Shown in pieces: positions 28,752-39,230 of a DNA stretch of 64,000 nt (position 1 is the first letter of the stretch; each line of letters begins with the position of its first letter). Location: contig CAWFFU010000003.1 of NCBI GenBank assembly GCA_963815215.1, positions 1,120,001 through 1,184,000 on the forward strand, read 5' to 3'. This stretch comes from an uncultured Trueperaceae bacterium (GTDB lineage: Bacteria > Deinococcota > Deinococci > Deinococcales > Trueperaceae). The notes below the pieces were generated by a model, which searched no databases, had not been told where the DNA came from, and saw only the letters and a program-made list of their open reading frames with translations. Position numbers and translations under genes: made by a program.

Positions 28752-29699
28752 TCACGTGGCCGCTGCCGACGCGCGCCCCGCGAGTGCGGCGAAGGCGTCC
28801 CGCAGCGCCTGGGGGCCGTGCACGCGCAACGGGCACCCGAGGCCGAGCAGCATCGCCGCGAACGGCTCGAGCTCGTCGCGCGTGCACCGGAGCAGCGTGC
28901 CTCCGTCGGCGGCCTCCAGCGACACCCTCCAGGGCTCCAGCCGCCGGACAGCGGCCTCGGGCGAGAGACCGAGCCATACCTCGACGTCGTGCGGCTCCTT
29001 CACGAACGGCAGCGACGCGACGAGGAACTGGCGCGCGTCGAACGCGGCGGGGCGCTCGAATGCGCCGTCGGCCTCGACCACGTCCGTCACGCGATCCAGT
29101 CGAAACGTGCGCAGGGCGCGGCGCATCTGGCAGTGGCCCACCAGGTACCAGCGACCGTCCAGATGCACCAGGCCGTACGGCTCCACCGACCGTTCGCTCG
29201 CCACCCCGTCGTGCGTCGTGTAGCGGAACCTCACCGTGCGCCTAGCGCGGATGGACGCGGCGACCGTGAGCACCGTCGCGGGGTCGATGGCCACCGTCCA
29301 CCGGCCCGCCTCGAGCGTCACCGCCTCTTCGACGTCCCCGACGCGCTCCCGCACCGCATCCGGCAGCACGCGCGTCAGCTTCGCCGACGCCCCCTCCGCC
29401 GCCGGGGCGAACGCTTCCAGACCGACATGCCGGAGGGCCCGCAGCCCGAGCGCTAGCGCGAACGCCTCCTCGTCGGTGAACATCAGGGGCGGGAGCCGGA
29501 AACCGGGGCGCAGCCGGTAGGCTCCACCCACCCCGGGCGTGCCCTCCACCGGGATCCCGAGGTCCTGGAGCCGCGCCACATAGCGCTGGACCGTGCGGCG
29601 GCTCACCTCCATCCTCCGGGCGAGCTCGGGTCCCGTGACACGCTCGCGCGCCTGCAGGATCTCCAGCACCGTCAACACCCGCATCACCGGGTCGTACAT
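28752..29699 (-). CDS. YafY-family HTH-WYL-WCX transcriptional regulator
   Basis: ELARRMEVSRRTVQRY HTH, PPLMFTDEEA, RWYLVG, RTFRLDRV; leaderless (TATCCT 6 nt before ATG). Confidence 0.95.
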   Translation of the reverse strand: MYDPVMRVLTVLEILQARERVTGPELARRMEVSRRTVQRYVARLQDLGIPVEGTPGVGGAYRLRPGFRLPPLMFTDEEAFALALGLRALRHVGLEAFAPAAEGASAKLTRVLPDAVRERVGDVEEAVTLEAGRWTVAIDPATVLTVAASIRARRTVRFRYTTHDGVASERSVEPYGLVHLDGRWYLVGHCQMRRALRTFRLDRVTDVVEADGAFERPAAFDARQFLVASLPFVKEPHDVEVWLGLSPEAAVRRLEPWRVSLEAADGGTLLRCTRDELEPFAAMLLGLGCPLRVHGPQALRDAFAALAGRASAAAT

Positions 29700-29733
29700 G
29701 CCGCGAGGATAGCGGATCTCCGCGCGCCGGAAT

Positions 29734-29768
29734 CGGCGTCATGTCCTGTCGCTGATCCGCGCTAGGGT
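29734..29768 (+). promoter_or_regulatory. WYL operator / PafBC-like promoter
   Basis: Inverted repeat CGGCGTCA-N5-TGTCGCTG; TGTCGC-N10-TAGGGT. Confidence 0.65.
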
Positions 29769-29835
29769 GCTCGTAGCGGACTCGGCCGCCGGAACCGGCC
29801 CGGCGCGACCGTCTCCCCCCACGAGGAGCCCGACC

Positions 29836-30351
29836 ATGACGAACCTCTCTCCCACCGCCCTCACCACCGACATGCTGCTCGAGCACTGGCAGGGCCACCG
29901 CCGCCTGACCCGGCGCGTCCTCCAGGCCTTCCCCGAAGACGAGCTGTTCACCTTCAGCGCCGGAGGTATGCGCACCTTCGGTGCGCTCGCCACCGAGATG
30001 CTGCAGATGATCGCGCCGACCATGAAGGGTGTGCTCGAGGACGACTGGACGTCCGGCGGCTACGGCGACCCCGGACCCGACACCAAGGACGACCTTCTCG
30101 ACGCCTGGGACGCCGCCGACCGCGTCCTCGCCGAGAGCTGGCCGAAGATCCCGGCCGAACGCTTCGGCGAGACCGCCAACGCCTTCGGGTTGTGGACGGC
30201 GCCCGTCGTCACCACGCTGATGTACCTCATCGACAACGAGGTCCATCACCGCGGCCAGGGCTACGTCTACCTCCGCATGCTCGGCATCGACCCGCCCCTG
30301 TTCTACCAGCGCAGCCCGGCCCTCGCCGAGCCCGATGACGAAGGGGCGTGA
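29836..30351 (+). CDS. DinB family protein
   Basis: EHWQGHRRLTRR, MRTFGAL, DNEVHHRGQGYVYLR; GAGGAG RBS. Confidence 0.92.
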   Translation: MTNLSPTALTTDMLLEHWQGHRRLTRRVLQAFPEDELFTFSAGGMRTFGALATEMLQMIAPTMKGVLEDDWTSGGYGDPGPDTKDDLLDAWDAADRVLAESWPKIPAERFGETANAFGLWTAPVVTTLMYLIDNEVHHRGQGYVYLRMLGIDPPLFYQRSPALAEPDDEGA

Positions 30352-31409
30352 CCGACTCCGAGAGCATCGCCGCCTGGCGCCTCGCCTCCCAGCTGCTCGA
30401 GCCCCGCGCGCCCCTCGACCCGGCGGCCGTGGTCGCGCGCCTGTGCGGCGTCCAGGCCCAGGATCCGCGTAAGGCTCCCTGGGCCGTCGGCGTGCGCGCG
30501 CCCGGGGTCACGCTCGAGCGGGTCGACGAAGCGCTGCGCGACGGGCGGGTGATACGCACCTGGATGTTCCGGGGCACCCTCCACTACGTGGCGGCCGAAG
30601 ACCTCGCCTGGCTCCGCGAGCTGCTGGCCCCGGGTGTGGTGGCCAGGGCGGCGAGGCGATACCGCGAGCTAGAGCTCGACGAGGCCACGTTCGACCGCAG
30701 CCGCGGGATCCTACAGACCGTGCTCGATGGGAAGGGCGCCGTCGGCCGGGCGGAGCTCGCCCGCCGGCTCGAGGACCACGGTATCGACACCGCCGGGCAA
30801 CGGCTCCCCCACCTGCTGCAACGTGCAGCGCTCGACGGCGTGCTGGTGTGCGGGCCGTCGCGCGCGCCGGGCGCGGACTACAAAGCGGCGCCCCCCACCC
30901 CCGCGGAGCTCGTTCAGGGGTCCGAGGCGCTCGCACGGCTGGCGCGGCGCTACCTCGAAGGACACGCCCCCGCGACCGTCCACGACTTCGCGTGGTGGTC
31001 CGGGCTCTCCGTGCGAGACGCGCGCCGCGCGCTGCAGGGCTCCGGGGGCGAGGAGCTGCGCTTCGGTCCACGTACCCTCTGGACGATCGGCTCCGCTCCG
31101 GAACCGCCACCTCGGGGCGGCGTCCGGTTGCTCCCACCCTTCGACGAGTATCTCGTCGGCTACGAGGATCGGACGGCCGCTCTCGCCCCCGAGCACGCCA
31201 GGCGCGTGAACGCCGGCGGCGGCATGCTGGCGCCCACCGTGATCGTCGGCGGAGCTGTGATCGGCACCTGGCGCTACGACGCGGCCGCCGGCGCCGCCAC
31301 GGTAGACCCCTTCCGTGCGCTGAGCGTCGACGAGCGCGACGGGATCGACGTTGCAGCGGCCGAGGTCGCCGCGTTCCACCAAGCGGCGCGGGGCGCGCGA
31401 CCGGTGTGA
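30348..31409 (+). CDS. AlkZ-like HTH_42 DNA glycosylase
   Basis: LCGVQAQDP (QxQ motif), RTWMFRGTLH, DFAWWSGL, LLPPFDEYLVGY; GTGA overlap with dinB. Confidence 0.9.
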   Translation: MTDSESIAAWRLASQLLEPRAPLDPAAVVARLCGVQAQDPRKAPWAVGVRAPGVTLERVDEALRDGRVIRTWMFRGTLHYVAAEDLAWLRELLAPGVVARAARRYRELELDEATFDRSRGILQTVLDGKGAVGRAELARRLEDHGIDTAGQRLPHLLQRAALDGVLVCGPSRAPGADYKAAPPTPAELVQGSEALARLARRYLEGHAPATVHDFAWWSGLSVRDARRALQGSGGEELRFGPRTLWTIGSAPEPPPRGGVRLLPPFDEYLVGYEDRTAALAPEHARRVNAGGGMLAPTVIVGGAVIGTWRYDAAAGAATVDPFRALSVDERDGIDVAAAEVAAFHQAARGARPV

Positions 31410-31508
31410 GCGCGACCGGTGCGAGCGCGACCCCTGCCGGCGCCGCCAACGCCACCGTGGCCCGGTCGTCAGGGATCTCTGTCGGGAGCGGGCCCCGCCG
31501 CTCAGGGG

Positions 31509-31537
31509 TTGACGCCGGGGCCTCATGGTCCTATATT
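31509..31537 (+). promoter_or_regulatory. Sigma70-type promoter of marR
   Basis: TTGACG-17-TATATT, 7 nt before GTG 31545. Confidence 0.8.
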
Positions 31538-31544
31538 TAACGTC

Positions 31545-32096
31545 GTGCGAACTATCAACGCGGCACAAACGAATGACACCGAGGCGAAGGACCGCCTGAT
31601 CGCGGAAGTCGTCGACGCCTTCACGGCCATGCGCGAGCGTGGCATGCGCGGCCTCCACCGGATCCGCCGCGACGTCGCCAGCATGGGGCACCTCCAGGTG
31701 CTGGTGCGCTTGCAGGCCGACGGTCCCCTCCCCGCCGGTGCCGTGGCACGCTCGTTGGGCATGTCCGCCGCCAGCGCCACGGGCATGCTCCGGCGGATGG
31801 CCGAACGCGGCCTGGTGCGGCGCGTCCGCGACGAGAAGGACCGGCGTGTGGTGCGCATCGAGCTGGCGCCCGCCGGCACGTCTCTCCTGGAGAAGCTGAG
31901 CCGCAGCCGTTCCGGCCTCCACCGGAGCCTGGCGCGTCTCGACGAGGACGAACTGAGGCAGCTCCGCAACGGCCTCAACGCGCTCAATCGGGCCACGCAT
32001 GAGCTGGCCGAGGACGAAGACACCGAGCCGGGCGATGAGGAACGCCGCCCCAACCGACACCGGGAGAGGCCCCATGCTTCTGAGGATCCTGAATAG
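31545..32096 (+). CDS. MarR family transcriptional regulator
   Basis: ATGMLRRMAERGLVRR and DEKDRRVVRIELAPAG wing motif. Confidence 0.9.
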   Translation: MRTINAAQTNDTEAKDRLIAEVVDAFTAMRERGMRGLHRIRRDVASMGHLQVLVRLQADGPLPAGAVARSLGMSAASATGMLRRMAERGLVRRVRDEKDRRVVRIELAPAGTSLLEKLSRSRSGLHRSLARLDEDELRQLRNGLNALNRATHELAEDEDTEPGDEERRPNRHRERPHASEDPE

Positions 32097-33801
32097 CTTC
32101 ACCCGCCCCTACCGGGGCTCGATGGCCATTATCGTCGCGCTTCAGCTCGTGGGCACGCTGGCGTCCCTCACGCTGCCGAGCATCAACGCGGCCATCATCG
32201 ACAACGGCGTCATCCGCGGCGACACCGGCTACATCGTGCGCGAGGGCGGCTGGATGCTGGCGGTCTCGCTGCTGCAGATCGTGTGCACCATCGGTGCCGT
32301 CTACCTCGGCGCGCGCACAGCGATGGCGTTCGGCCGCGACCTGCGCTCGGGCATCTTCCGCCACGTCGGCGCGTTCTCCAGCCGCGAGCTGGCGCACTTC
32401 GGCGCGCCCTCGCTCCTCACCCGCAGCACCAACGACGTGCAGCAGGTCCAGATGATGTTGATGATGGCGTTCACCATGCTGATGGTGGCGCCCATCATGA
32501 TGATCGGCGGCGTGATCATGGCGCTGCGCCAGGACGTCGGGCTCGCCTGGCTGGTGGCCGTCGCCGTGCCCGTGCTGGCCGGGCTGGTGGGCATCGTCAT
32601 CTCGCGCATGGTGCCCGGCTTCCGGCGCATGCAGAAGCGCATCGACCGGATCAACGAGGTCCTGCGCGAGCAGATCGGCGGCATCCGCGTCATCCGCGCC
32701 TTCGTGCGCGAGCCGTTCGAACGCACGCGCTTCGGTCGCGCCAACGCCGAACTCACCGACGTGACGCTCTACGTCGGCCGCTGGATGGCCCTGATGTTCC
32801 CCCTGGTGATGCTCGTGACCAACGTCTCGAGCGTCGCGGTGCTGTGGTTCGGGGGCCTGCGCGTCGCCTCCGGCGCCATGGAGATCGGCTCGATGACGGC
32901 CTTCCTGAGCTACCTCATGCAGATCCTCATGGCCGTCATGATGTCGACGTTCATGTTGGTGATCCTGCCGCGTGCCGCCGTGTCGGCCGATCGCATCGGC
33001 GAGGCGCTCGACACCGAGCCCACGGTGGTGCCGCCCGCGCACGGCGCCACCCTGGCGCCCGAGCGCGGCCACCTCGAGCTCCGCGGAGTCGGCTTCAGCT
33101 ACCCGGGAGCCAGCCATCCGGTCCTCGAGGACGTCGATCTCGCCGCCCCTGCCGGCCAGACGGTGGCCATCATCGGCTCCACCGGGGCGGGAAAGACCAC
33201 CCTGCTCAACCTCATCCCCCGCCTCTTCGACGCCACCGAGGGCAGCGTTCTCATCGACGGTATCGACGTCCGCGACTTCGAGCCCGAGGCTCTGTGGGCG
33301 CGCATCGGGCTGGTGCCCCAGAGGGCCTACCTGTTCACCGGCACGATCGCCAGCAACCTCCGCTACGGCAAGCCGGACGCCAGCGCGGACGAGATGTGGC
33401 GCGCCCTCGAGATCGCGCAGGCTCGCGACTTCGTCGAAGCCATGGAGGGCGGCCTCGACGCGCCCATCGCGCAGGGCGGTACCAACGTGTCCGGCGGCCA
33501 ACGGCAACGGATCGCCATCGCCCGCGCCCTCATCCGAGACCCCGAGGTCTACCTCTTCGACGACTCCTTCTCGGCACTCGACGTTGCGACCGACGCCAGA
33601 TTGCGGCGTGCGCTGGCGCCGGTGACGCGTCACGCCACGGTGGTGATCGTTGCCCAACGGGTGGCGACCATCATGGACGCCGATCAGATCGTCGTGCTCG
33701 AGGACGGCCGCGTGGTGGGCCGGGGGAGCCACGACGAGCTGCTCGCTTCGTCCGTGACCTACCGCGAGATCGTCGAGTCGCAACGGCAGGCCGCGGCATG
33801 A
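32074..33801 (+). CDS. ABC exporter, fused TMD/NBD subunit 1
   Basis: GSTGAGKT, VSGGQRQR, degenerate Walker B FDDSFSALD. Confidence 0.95.
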   Translation: MLLRILNSFTRPYRGSMAIIVALQLVGTLASLTLPSINAAIIDNGVIRGDTGYIVREGGWMLAVSLLQIVCTIGAVYLGARTAMAFGRDLRSGIFRHVGAFSSRELAHFGAPSLLTRSTNDVQQVQMMLMMAFTMLMVAPIMMIGGVIMALRQDVGLAWLVAVAVPVLAGLVGIVISRMVPGFRRMQKRIDRINEVLREQIGGIRVIRAFVREPFERTRFGRANAELTDVTLYVGRWMALMFPLVMLVTNVSSVAVLWFGGLRVASGAMEIGSMTAFLSYLMQILMAVMMSTFMLVILPRAAVSADRIGEALDTEPTVVPPAHGATLAPERGHLELRGVGFSYPGASHPVLEDVDLAAPAGQTVAIIGSTGAGKTTLLNLIPRLFDATEGSVLIDGIDVRDFEPEALWARIGLVPQRAYLFTGTIASNLRYGKPDASADEMWRALEIAQARDFVEAMEGGLDAPIAQGGTNVSGGQRQRIAIARALIRDPEVYLFDDSFSALDVATDARLRRALAPVTRHATVVIVAQRVATIMDADQIVVLEDGRVVGRGSHDELLASSVTYREIVESQRQAAA

Positions 33802-35822
33802 GTCGGCCCGGCGGCACGGGGCGTCCACCCGACTCCCACCCCACGCCGACGCAACCCGGCAACGCGCCCAAGGTCATGCAGTCCACCGAACGGGTGCGCG
33901 TCGGAGGGGGCCCCGGCCACGGCCCTCCCGGCATGGTCGGCCAGAAGGCCCAGAGCTTCGGGCCGTCGCTCCGCCGGCTGGCCGCGAGACTGCGCCCGGA
34001 ACGACTCAAGGTGACGCTGGTCGTGCTGGCCGCGGTGGTCTCGGTGGCGCTGACCGCCGTCGGCCCCCGCGTGCTGGGCCACGCCACCGACCTGCTCTTC
34101 GCCGGCGTGATCGGCCAGCGCCTGCCCGCCGGCATGACCAAGGCGCAGGCCATCGCGGCCGCCCGTGCCGCCGGGCAGGGCAAGATGGCCGACCTGCTGT
34201 CGGGCATCAACCTGGTGCCCGGGCAGGGCGTCGACTTCACCGCTATCGGGCACGTGCTGCTGCTGGTCCTGGCCATCTACCTCGGCTCGGTGGCGCTGCA
34301 GTACCTGCAGGGGTACCTGCTGAACGACGTTGTCCAGGGCACGGTCTACCGCATGCGAGAGCAGGTGGAGGACAAGCTCAACCTGCTGCCGCTCACCTAC
34401 TTCGACCGCCAACCCCGCGGCGAGCTGCTGAGTCGCGTCACCAACGATATCGACAACGTGTCGCAGAGTCTGCAGCAGACGATGAGTCAGCTCCTGACCT
34501 CGTTGCTCACCATCGTCTTCGTGGTCACGATGATGATCTCCATCTCCCCGTTGCTGGCGCTGGTGGCACTGGTCACCATCCCGCTCACCATGGCGATGGC
34601 CGGATTCATCATGAGTCGCTCCGGCAAGCAGTTCATCGCGCAGTGGCGGCGCACCGGCACGCTCAACGCGCAGGTCGAGGAGGCCTACACCGGGCACGCC
34701 CTGGTGAAGGTCTTCGGGCGCCAGGCGGACGTTCAGAAGGCTTTCGAGGTCGAGAACGAGGCGCTCTACCAGGCGAGCTTCCGGGCTCAGTTCCTGTCCG
34801 GCCTGATCATGCCGGTCACGATGTTCGTCGGCAATCTGAACTACGCCGCCATCGCGGTGCTGGGCGGCCTCAAGGTCGCCAGCGGGACCATCAGCCTGGG
34901 CGACGTCCAGGCGTTCATCCAGTACACCCGCCGCTTCACGCAACCCGTGACACAGGTGGCGTCGATGGTGAACCTGCTGCAGTCCGGCGTCGCTTCGGCC
35001 GAGCGGGTGTTCGAGCTGCTCGACGCCGTGGAGCAGCAGCCCGAGGTCGCCGACGCGACGCTCCCGGCCGTGCCGCGGGGAAAGGTGCGCTTCGAGCGCG
35101 TCGCGTTCCGCTACGAGCCCGATCGACCGCTCATCGAGGACCTGTCGTTGACTGCGGAGCCGGGGCAGACCGTGGCGATCGTGGGACCCACCGGGGCCGG
35201 CAAGACCACGCTGGTGAACCTCCTGATGCGCTTCTACGAGCTCGACTCGGGCCGCATCACCGTCGACGACATCGACATCACCCGGGTGCGGCGCGACGAC
35301 CTGCGCTCCCGCATCGGGATGGTCCTGCAGGACACCTGGCTGTTCCGTGGCACCATCCGCGAGAACATCGCCTACGGCCGACCCGACGCCAGCGAGGAAG
35401 CGATCCTGACCGCGGCCCGCTCGGCATTCGTCGACCGCTTCACGCACAGCCTGCCCGAGGGCTACGACACCATCATCGACGACGAGGGGGGAACCGTCAG
35501 CGCCGGTGAGAAGCAGCTCATCACCATCGCGCGCGCGTTCCTGGCCGACCCCCCGCTACTGGTGCTCGACGAGGCCACCAGCTCCGTCGACACCCGCACG
35601 GAGCTGCTGGTCCAGGAGGCCATGACCGCGCTGCGCGGCAACCGCACCAGCTTCGTGATCGCCCACCGGCTTTCCACGATCCGCAACGCCGACGTCATTC
35701 TGGTGATGGAGGACGGCACGATCGTGGAGCAGGGCACGCACGACGAACTCATCGCCGCGGGCGGAGCCTACGCGACCCTGTACCAGGCGCAGTTCCAGGG
35801 GCCGGAGGAACGGGCGGCCTGA
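33798..35822 (+). CDS. ABC exporter, fused TMD/NBD subunit 2
   Basis: GPTGAGKT, SAGEKQ, LDEATSSVD, AHRLST; ATGA overlap. Confidence 0.95.
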   Translation: MSRPGGTGRPPDSHPTPTQPGNAPKVMQSTERVRVGGGPGHGPPGMVGQKAQSFGPSLRRLAARLRPERLKVTLVVLAAVVSVALTAVGPRVLGHATDLLFAGVIGQRLPAGMTKAQAIAAARAAGQGKMADLLSGINLVPGQGVDFTAIGHVLLLVLAIYLGSVALQYLQGYLLNDVVQGTVYRMREQVEDKLNLLPLTYFDRQPRGELLSRVTNDIDNVSQSLQQTMSQLLTSLLTIVFVVTMMISISPLLALVALVTIPLTMAMAGFIMSRSGKQFIAQWRRTGTLNAQVEEAYTGHALVKVFGRQADVQKAFEVENEALYQASFRAQFLSGLIMPVTMFVGNLNYAAIAVLGGLKVASGTISLGDVQAFIQYTRRFTQPVTQVASMVNLLQSGVASAERVFELLDAVEQQPEVADATLPAVPRGKVRFERVAFRYEPDRPLIEDLSLTAEPGQTVAIVGPTGAGKTTLVNLLMRFYELDSGRITVDDIDITRVRRDDLRSRIGMVLQDTWLFRGTIRENIAYGRPDASEEAILTAARSAFVDRFTHSLPEGYDTIIDDEGGTVSAGEKQLITIARAFLADPPLLVLDEATSSVDTRTELLVQEAMTALRGNRTSFVIAHRLSTIRNADVILVMEDGTIVEQGTHDELIAAGGAYATLYQAQFQGPEERAA

Positions 35823-35837
35823 GGCGACCGCGGGCGC

Positions 35838-36218
35838 TCACGCCAGCCGGGGCATGTCCCGGCTGGCCACCACGTCGACCCCCGTGCCCAGCGCATCGGC
35901 CAGCACCACAGCCCCCAGCGCCACCGGCGCCGTGAGGGTCAGGGCGTGCAGGGCGCGGCACAGGGCCAGCACCTCGGCCTTGGGGACCGCCTCTCGCGTC
36001 CGCACCGGCAGGCGCGCCCACCGGCCCCCTTCGATCCGTACCGTGGTGGCCACCATGCGGCGCGGGTCGCTGTGCTCCTGGTGAGCGAACTCCAGACCGC
36101 GCTTGCAGGAGTTGCCGCGCACCTCCACCCCGCCCGTCGCGTCCTCCTCCACCTCGAGCCGGCACCCCAGCGGACATCCGATGCAGAGGTACTCGCTCCG
36201 ATCGCCGCGCGCGCTCAT
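35838..36218 (-). CDS. DUF1667 CxxC small subunit
   Basis: [24 protein letters not shown]. Confidence 0.9.
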   Translation of the reverse strand: MSARGDRSEYLCIGCPLGCRLEVEEDATGGVEVRGNSCKRGLEFAHQEHSDPRRMVATTVRIEGGRWARLPVRTREAVPKAEVLALCRALHALTLTAPVALGAVVLADALGTGVDVVASRDMPRLA

Positions 36219-37492
36219 GCCGTCCCCTCCTCGCGGGGCACCACGTCGACGCGCAGGGTGTCGCCGTGGAAGGCCTCCAGGAAACGCGGGCGCACCTTGA
36301 GCGTGACGGTCTCGCCCGGGACCACGTAGCGCAGCGGGCGTTCATAGACGTCGCCCAGCCGCAACGTGCAGGGCTTGAGCGAGCGGCTCACCCGCAGGTA
36401 CACCACATGCTCGCGATCGGTGGTGATGGTGTGCGGCACGCACGAGTGCACGTTCTCGCCCGGGACCAGGCGCACGTTGTCGGAAGCCGCCGGCGTTCCC
36501 AGCGCGAAGGCCCCGGCGCTGCGGCCCGCCAGTAGCGACTCCTCGGTCACGTAGTCGACCAGATCGTGGATGTGCACCACGTTTCCGCACGCGAACACCC
36601 CGTCGCGCGAGGTCTCCATGCCGCTCGTCACCACCGGACCGGTCGTCACCGGGTCGAGGCGTAGCCGCAGGCGACGCGACAACTCGTTCTCAGGGATCAG
36701 CCCGATGGACAGCAGCAGCGTGTCGCACGGCACCTCCCAGCCGCGCTCCGGCAGCGGCCGGAAGGCCTCGTCGACGGGCGCCACGCTCACGCGCTCGACG
36801 CGCTCCCGGCCGTGGATGCGGGTGACGGTGGTGGACAGGTGGAGCGGGATGTCGAAGTCCTGCAGGCATTGCACCACGTTCCTTGACAGGCCGTTGACGT
36901 GCGGCAGGATCTCGAAGACCCCCAGCACCTCCGCCCCCTCGAGCACCAGCCGGCGCGCCATGATCAGGCCGATGTCACCCGAGCCCAGCACCACCACCCG
37001 ACGGCCCGGCAGGTACCCCGCCTGGTTGACGAGCTTCTGGGCGAACCCGGCCGTCATCACGCCGGCAGGGCGCTGACCGGGGATGCGTACCGCGCCTCGG
37101 GTGCGCTCCCGCGCCCCCATGGCGAGCACCACGGCTCTCGCCGCGACCTCGCGGACACCGTGCTCGGGCGACATCAGCGCGGTGCGACGGTCGCTGTCGA
37201 TGTCGAGCACGTAGGCGTCGGTGAGGACATCGACATCGTGTTCGACGACCTGCTCGAGGAAGCGCTGAGCGTACTCGGGGCCGCTGAGCTCCTCCTTGAA
37301 GTGGTGCAGACCGAAGCCGTTGTGGATGCACTGGTTGAGGATGCCGCCGGTCTCCGGCTCGCGGTCGACCATCAGCACGCGCTCCGCACCCGCCTCACGC
37401 GCCCCCAGCGCGGCGGCCATGCCCGCGGGACCGGCCCCTACCACCAGCACGTCGTAACTCGAGCGGAGCTGGAGCGGACGGGCGCTAACCAT
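36215..37492 (-). CDS. FAD/NAD(P)-binding oxidoreductase subunit
   Basis: [43 protein letters not shown]. Confidence 0.92.
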   Translation of the reverse strand: MVSARPLQLRSSYDVLVVGAGPAGMAAALGAREAGAERVLMVDREPETGGILNQCIHNGFGLHHFKEELSGPEYAQRFLEQVVEHDVDVLTDAYVLDIDSDRRTALMSPEHGVREVAARAVVLAMGARERTRGAVRIPGQRPAGVMTAGFAQKLVNQAGYLPGRRVVVLGSGDIGLIMARRLVLEGAEVLGVFEILPHVNGLSRNVVQCLQDFDIPLHLSTTVTRIHGRERVERVSVAPVDEAFRPLPERGWEVPCDTLLLSIGLIPENELSRRLRLRLDPVTTGPVVTSGMETSRDGVFACGNVVHIHDLVDYVTEESLLAGRSAGAFALGTPAASDNVRLVPGENVHSCVPHTITTDREHVVYLRVSRSLKPCTLRLGDVYERPLRYVVPGETVTLKVRPRFLEAFHGDTLRVDVVPREEGTA

Positions 37493-38936
37493 GGCCCACC
37501 TCGGGAGCCAAGCGCTCTTTGCGCTCGCATGCGATCCAGGACCCGTCTCCGCGCTTGGTGAGGGCGGGAACCGGCGTGCCGGTAGCCTCCGACAGCAGGG
37601 ACAGACAGCGCCACGTGCAGAAGCCGCCCTGGCACCGGCCCATCCCCGCCCGGGTGCGGAACTTCAGGCCGTCGAGGGTGCGGGCGCCGCGCGCCACCGC
37701 CTCCAGGACCTCGCCCTCGGTGACGTTCTCGCAACGGCAGGCGATGCGGGCGTAGCGCGGGTCGCTCGCCGCCAGCTCCGCCAGCGCCTCGCGATCGAGC
37801 CCCGCGACCTGAATCGGAGGGTCCAGCGTGCCCACGAAGGCGTCGTCGGGCTCCAACACCAGCCCCTCGGCGGCCAGCAACTCCGCCACCTGCTCGGCGA
37901 TGGCCGGGGCCGCCGTCAGGCCCGGAGATTGGATGCCGGCCACGTTCACGAAGCCGCGCGCGCGGGTCGGACCGATGAGGAAGTCCTCGTCGTCCAGTAC
38001 GGCGCGCAAGCCGGCGAACTCCGCGATGCAGTCGCGCTCGCTGATGCCGGGGACCAGCCTGCGCGCGCCGGCGAACGCCTCCTCGGCGCCCTCGGCCGTG
38101 GTGGACAGGTCGTCCTTGGCCGCCATATGCGCGGTAGGCCCCACCATCAACGTGCCGTCGAAGGTGGGGATCACCAGGATCCCCTTCGAGTGCGGCGTCG
38201 GGCAGGGGAAGATGAGCCGGTTCACCATGCCGGCGAGCCGCTTGTCGAGCAGGTACTCCTCACCCTTGCGCGCCCGCACCGTGAAGGGCTCGACACCCGC
38301 CAGCTCCGCGACACGGTCGGCATGGAGGCCGGCGGCGTTGATCACGAAGCGGCTGCGCACGGTGCGTTCTGGGGTGAGGAGGTACCATCCGTCCGGATCC
38401 CGGTCGATGGCCTTCACCGACTCTCCGCACGCCAGCTCGACACCGTTTCGCACCGCGCTCTCAGCCAGCGCGAAGCACGCCTCGTAGGGATTGACGACGG
38501 CGGCGGTCGGGGCGTGCAACGCCTCCGTGATCTCATCGGAGAGGTTCGGCTCCTCGCGGCGCACGCGTTCGGCAGGCCACAGTTCGAGTCCGGGCACGCC
38601 TTTGCCACGTCCCTGCTCCTGCAACACGCGGAGGGTGCGACGGTCCTCCTCGTCGAACGCCACGGTGAGCTCGCCGATGCGGCGGAAGCCGAATCCCAGC
38701 GCCTCGGCCAGGGCCGGCCAGCGTTGGTTCCCCTCCCACTCCAACCGGCCCTTGAGCGTGGTCGACGCGCTGTGGTGCCCGGCGTGGATGATGCCGCTGT
38801 TGGCCTTGCTGGTGCCGAATCCGACCTCGGCAGCGCGCTCCAGCACGAGCACACGGAGGCGGTAGCGGCTGAGCTCGCGCGCGATGGCGCAACCTATGAC
38901 GCCGCCTCCGATGATGGTCACGTCGACCGAGAGCAT
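37485..38936 (-). CDS. FAD-dependent oxidoreductase with BFD-like [2Fe-2S] tail (glycerol-3-phosphate dehydrogenase / LhgO-like)
   Basis: [44 protein letters not shown]. Confidence 0.9.
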   Translation of the reverse strand: MLSVDVTIIGGGVIGCAIARELSRYRLRVLVLERAAEVGFGTSKANSGIIHAGHHSASTTLKGRLEWEGNQRWPALAEALGFGFRRIGELTVAFDEEDRRTLRVLQEQGRGKGVPGLELWPAERVRREEPNLSDEITEALHAPTAAVVNPYEACFALAESAVRNGVELACGESVKAIDRDPDGWYLLTPERTVRSRFVINAAGLHADRVAELAGVEPFTVRARKGEEYLLDKRLAGMVNRLIFPCPTPHSKGILVIPTFDGTLMVGPTAHMAAKDDLSTTAEGAEEAFAGARRLVPGISERDCIAEFAGLRAVLDDEDFLIGPTRARGFVNVAGIQSPGLTAAPAIAEQVAELLAAEGLVLEPDDAFVGTLDPPIQVAGLDREALAELAASDPRYARIACRCENVTEGEVLEAVARGARTLDGLKFRTRAGMGRCQGGFCTWRCLSLLSEATGTPVPALTKRGDGSWIACERKERLAPEVGHG

Positions 38937-38981
38937 GGCGACCCTTCCGTTACGGACAGGGTTCGGGTGAACGCCAACGTC

Positions 38982-39023
38982 ATCATGGCACGTGAACGTC
39001 CGGCCGTCAGGGACGGCCGTCCC
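38982..39023 (-). promoter_or_regulatory. Perfect GGGAC-N4-GTCCC palindrome with -10 CATGAT
   Basis: GGGACGGCCGTCCC at 39010-39023; minus-strand CATGAT at 38987-38982, one nt closer than in the other boxed promoters. Confidence 0.5.
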
Positions 39024-39056
39024 CAGTTATCGCGATGCCGGCTCCGGCAGCGGAGC

Positions 39057-39230
39057 GAAGTCGGGCGCATTTCACGGCGGGCTCAGGCCGGACCGACTAA
39101 CCTCGAACCGTAGTCGACGGGCACCGCCGCCGCGAACTCCTGCCGGCAGGGGAACACGGCGTCGGGTCAACCCTCCATCAGGACTTCAGGCCGAACGAAC
39201 CCGCTCCCGTGAGGGCGGGTTCGGCCTGTT
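39057..39230 (+). ncRNA. Unclassified structured RNA candidate followed by a strong hairpin
   Basis: Nested complementary segments (see findings) in an intergenic gap with no convincing ORF; strand uncertain. Confidence 0.35.

Noticed and set aside
28752..29699. WYL protein as a marker of an anti-phage defence island
   Set aside because: It is a YafY-type regulator next to DinB/AlkZ; no nuclease, methylase, RT or toxin genes are nearby.
39057..39190. Hammerhead, twister, 6S or c-di-AMP riboswitch identity for the structured region
   Set aside because: CTGATGG is not CTGATGA and there is no NUH site; twister and ydaO elements are missing or in the wrong order; no long 6S-type rod.
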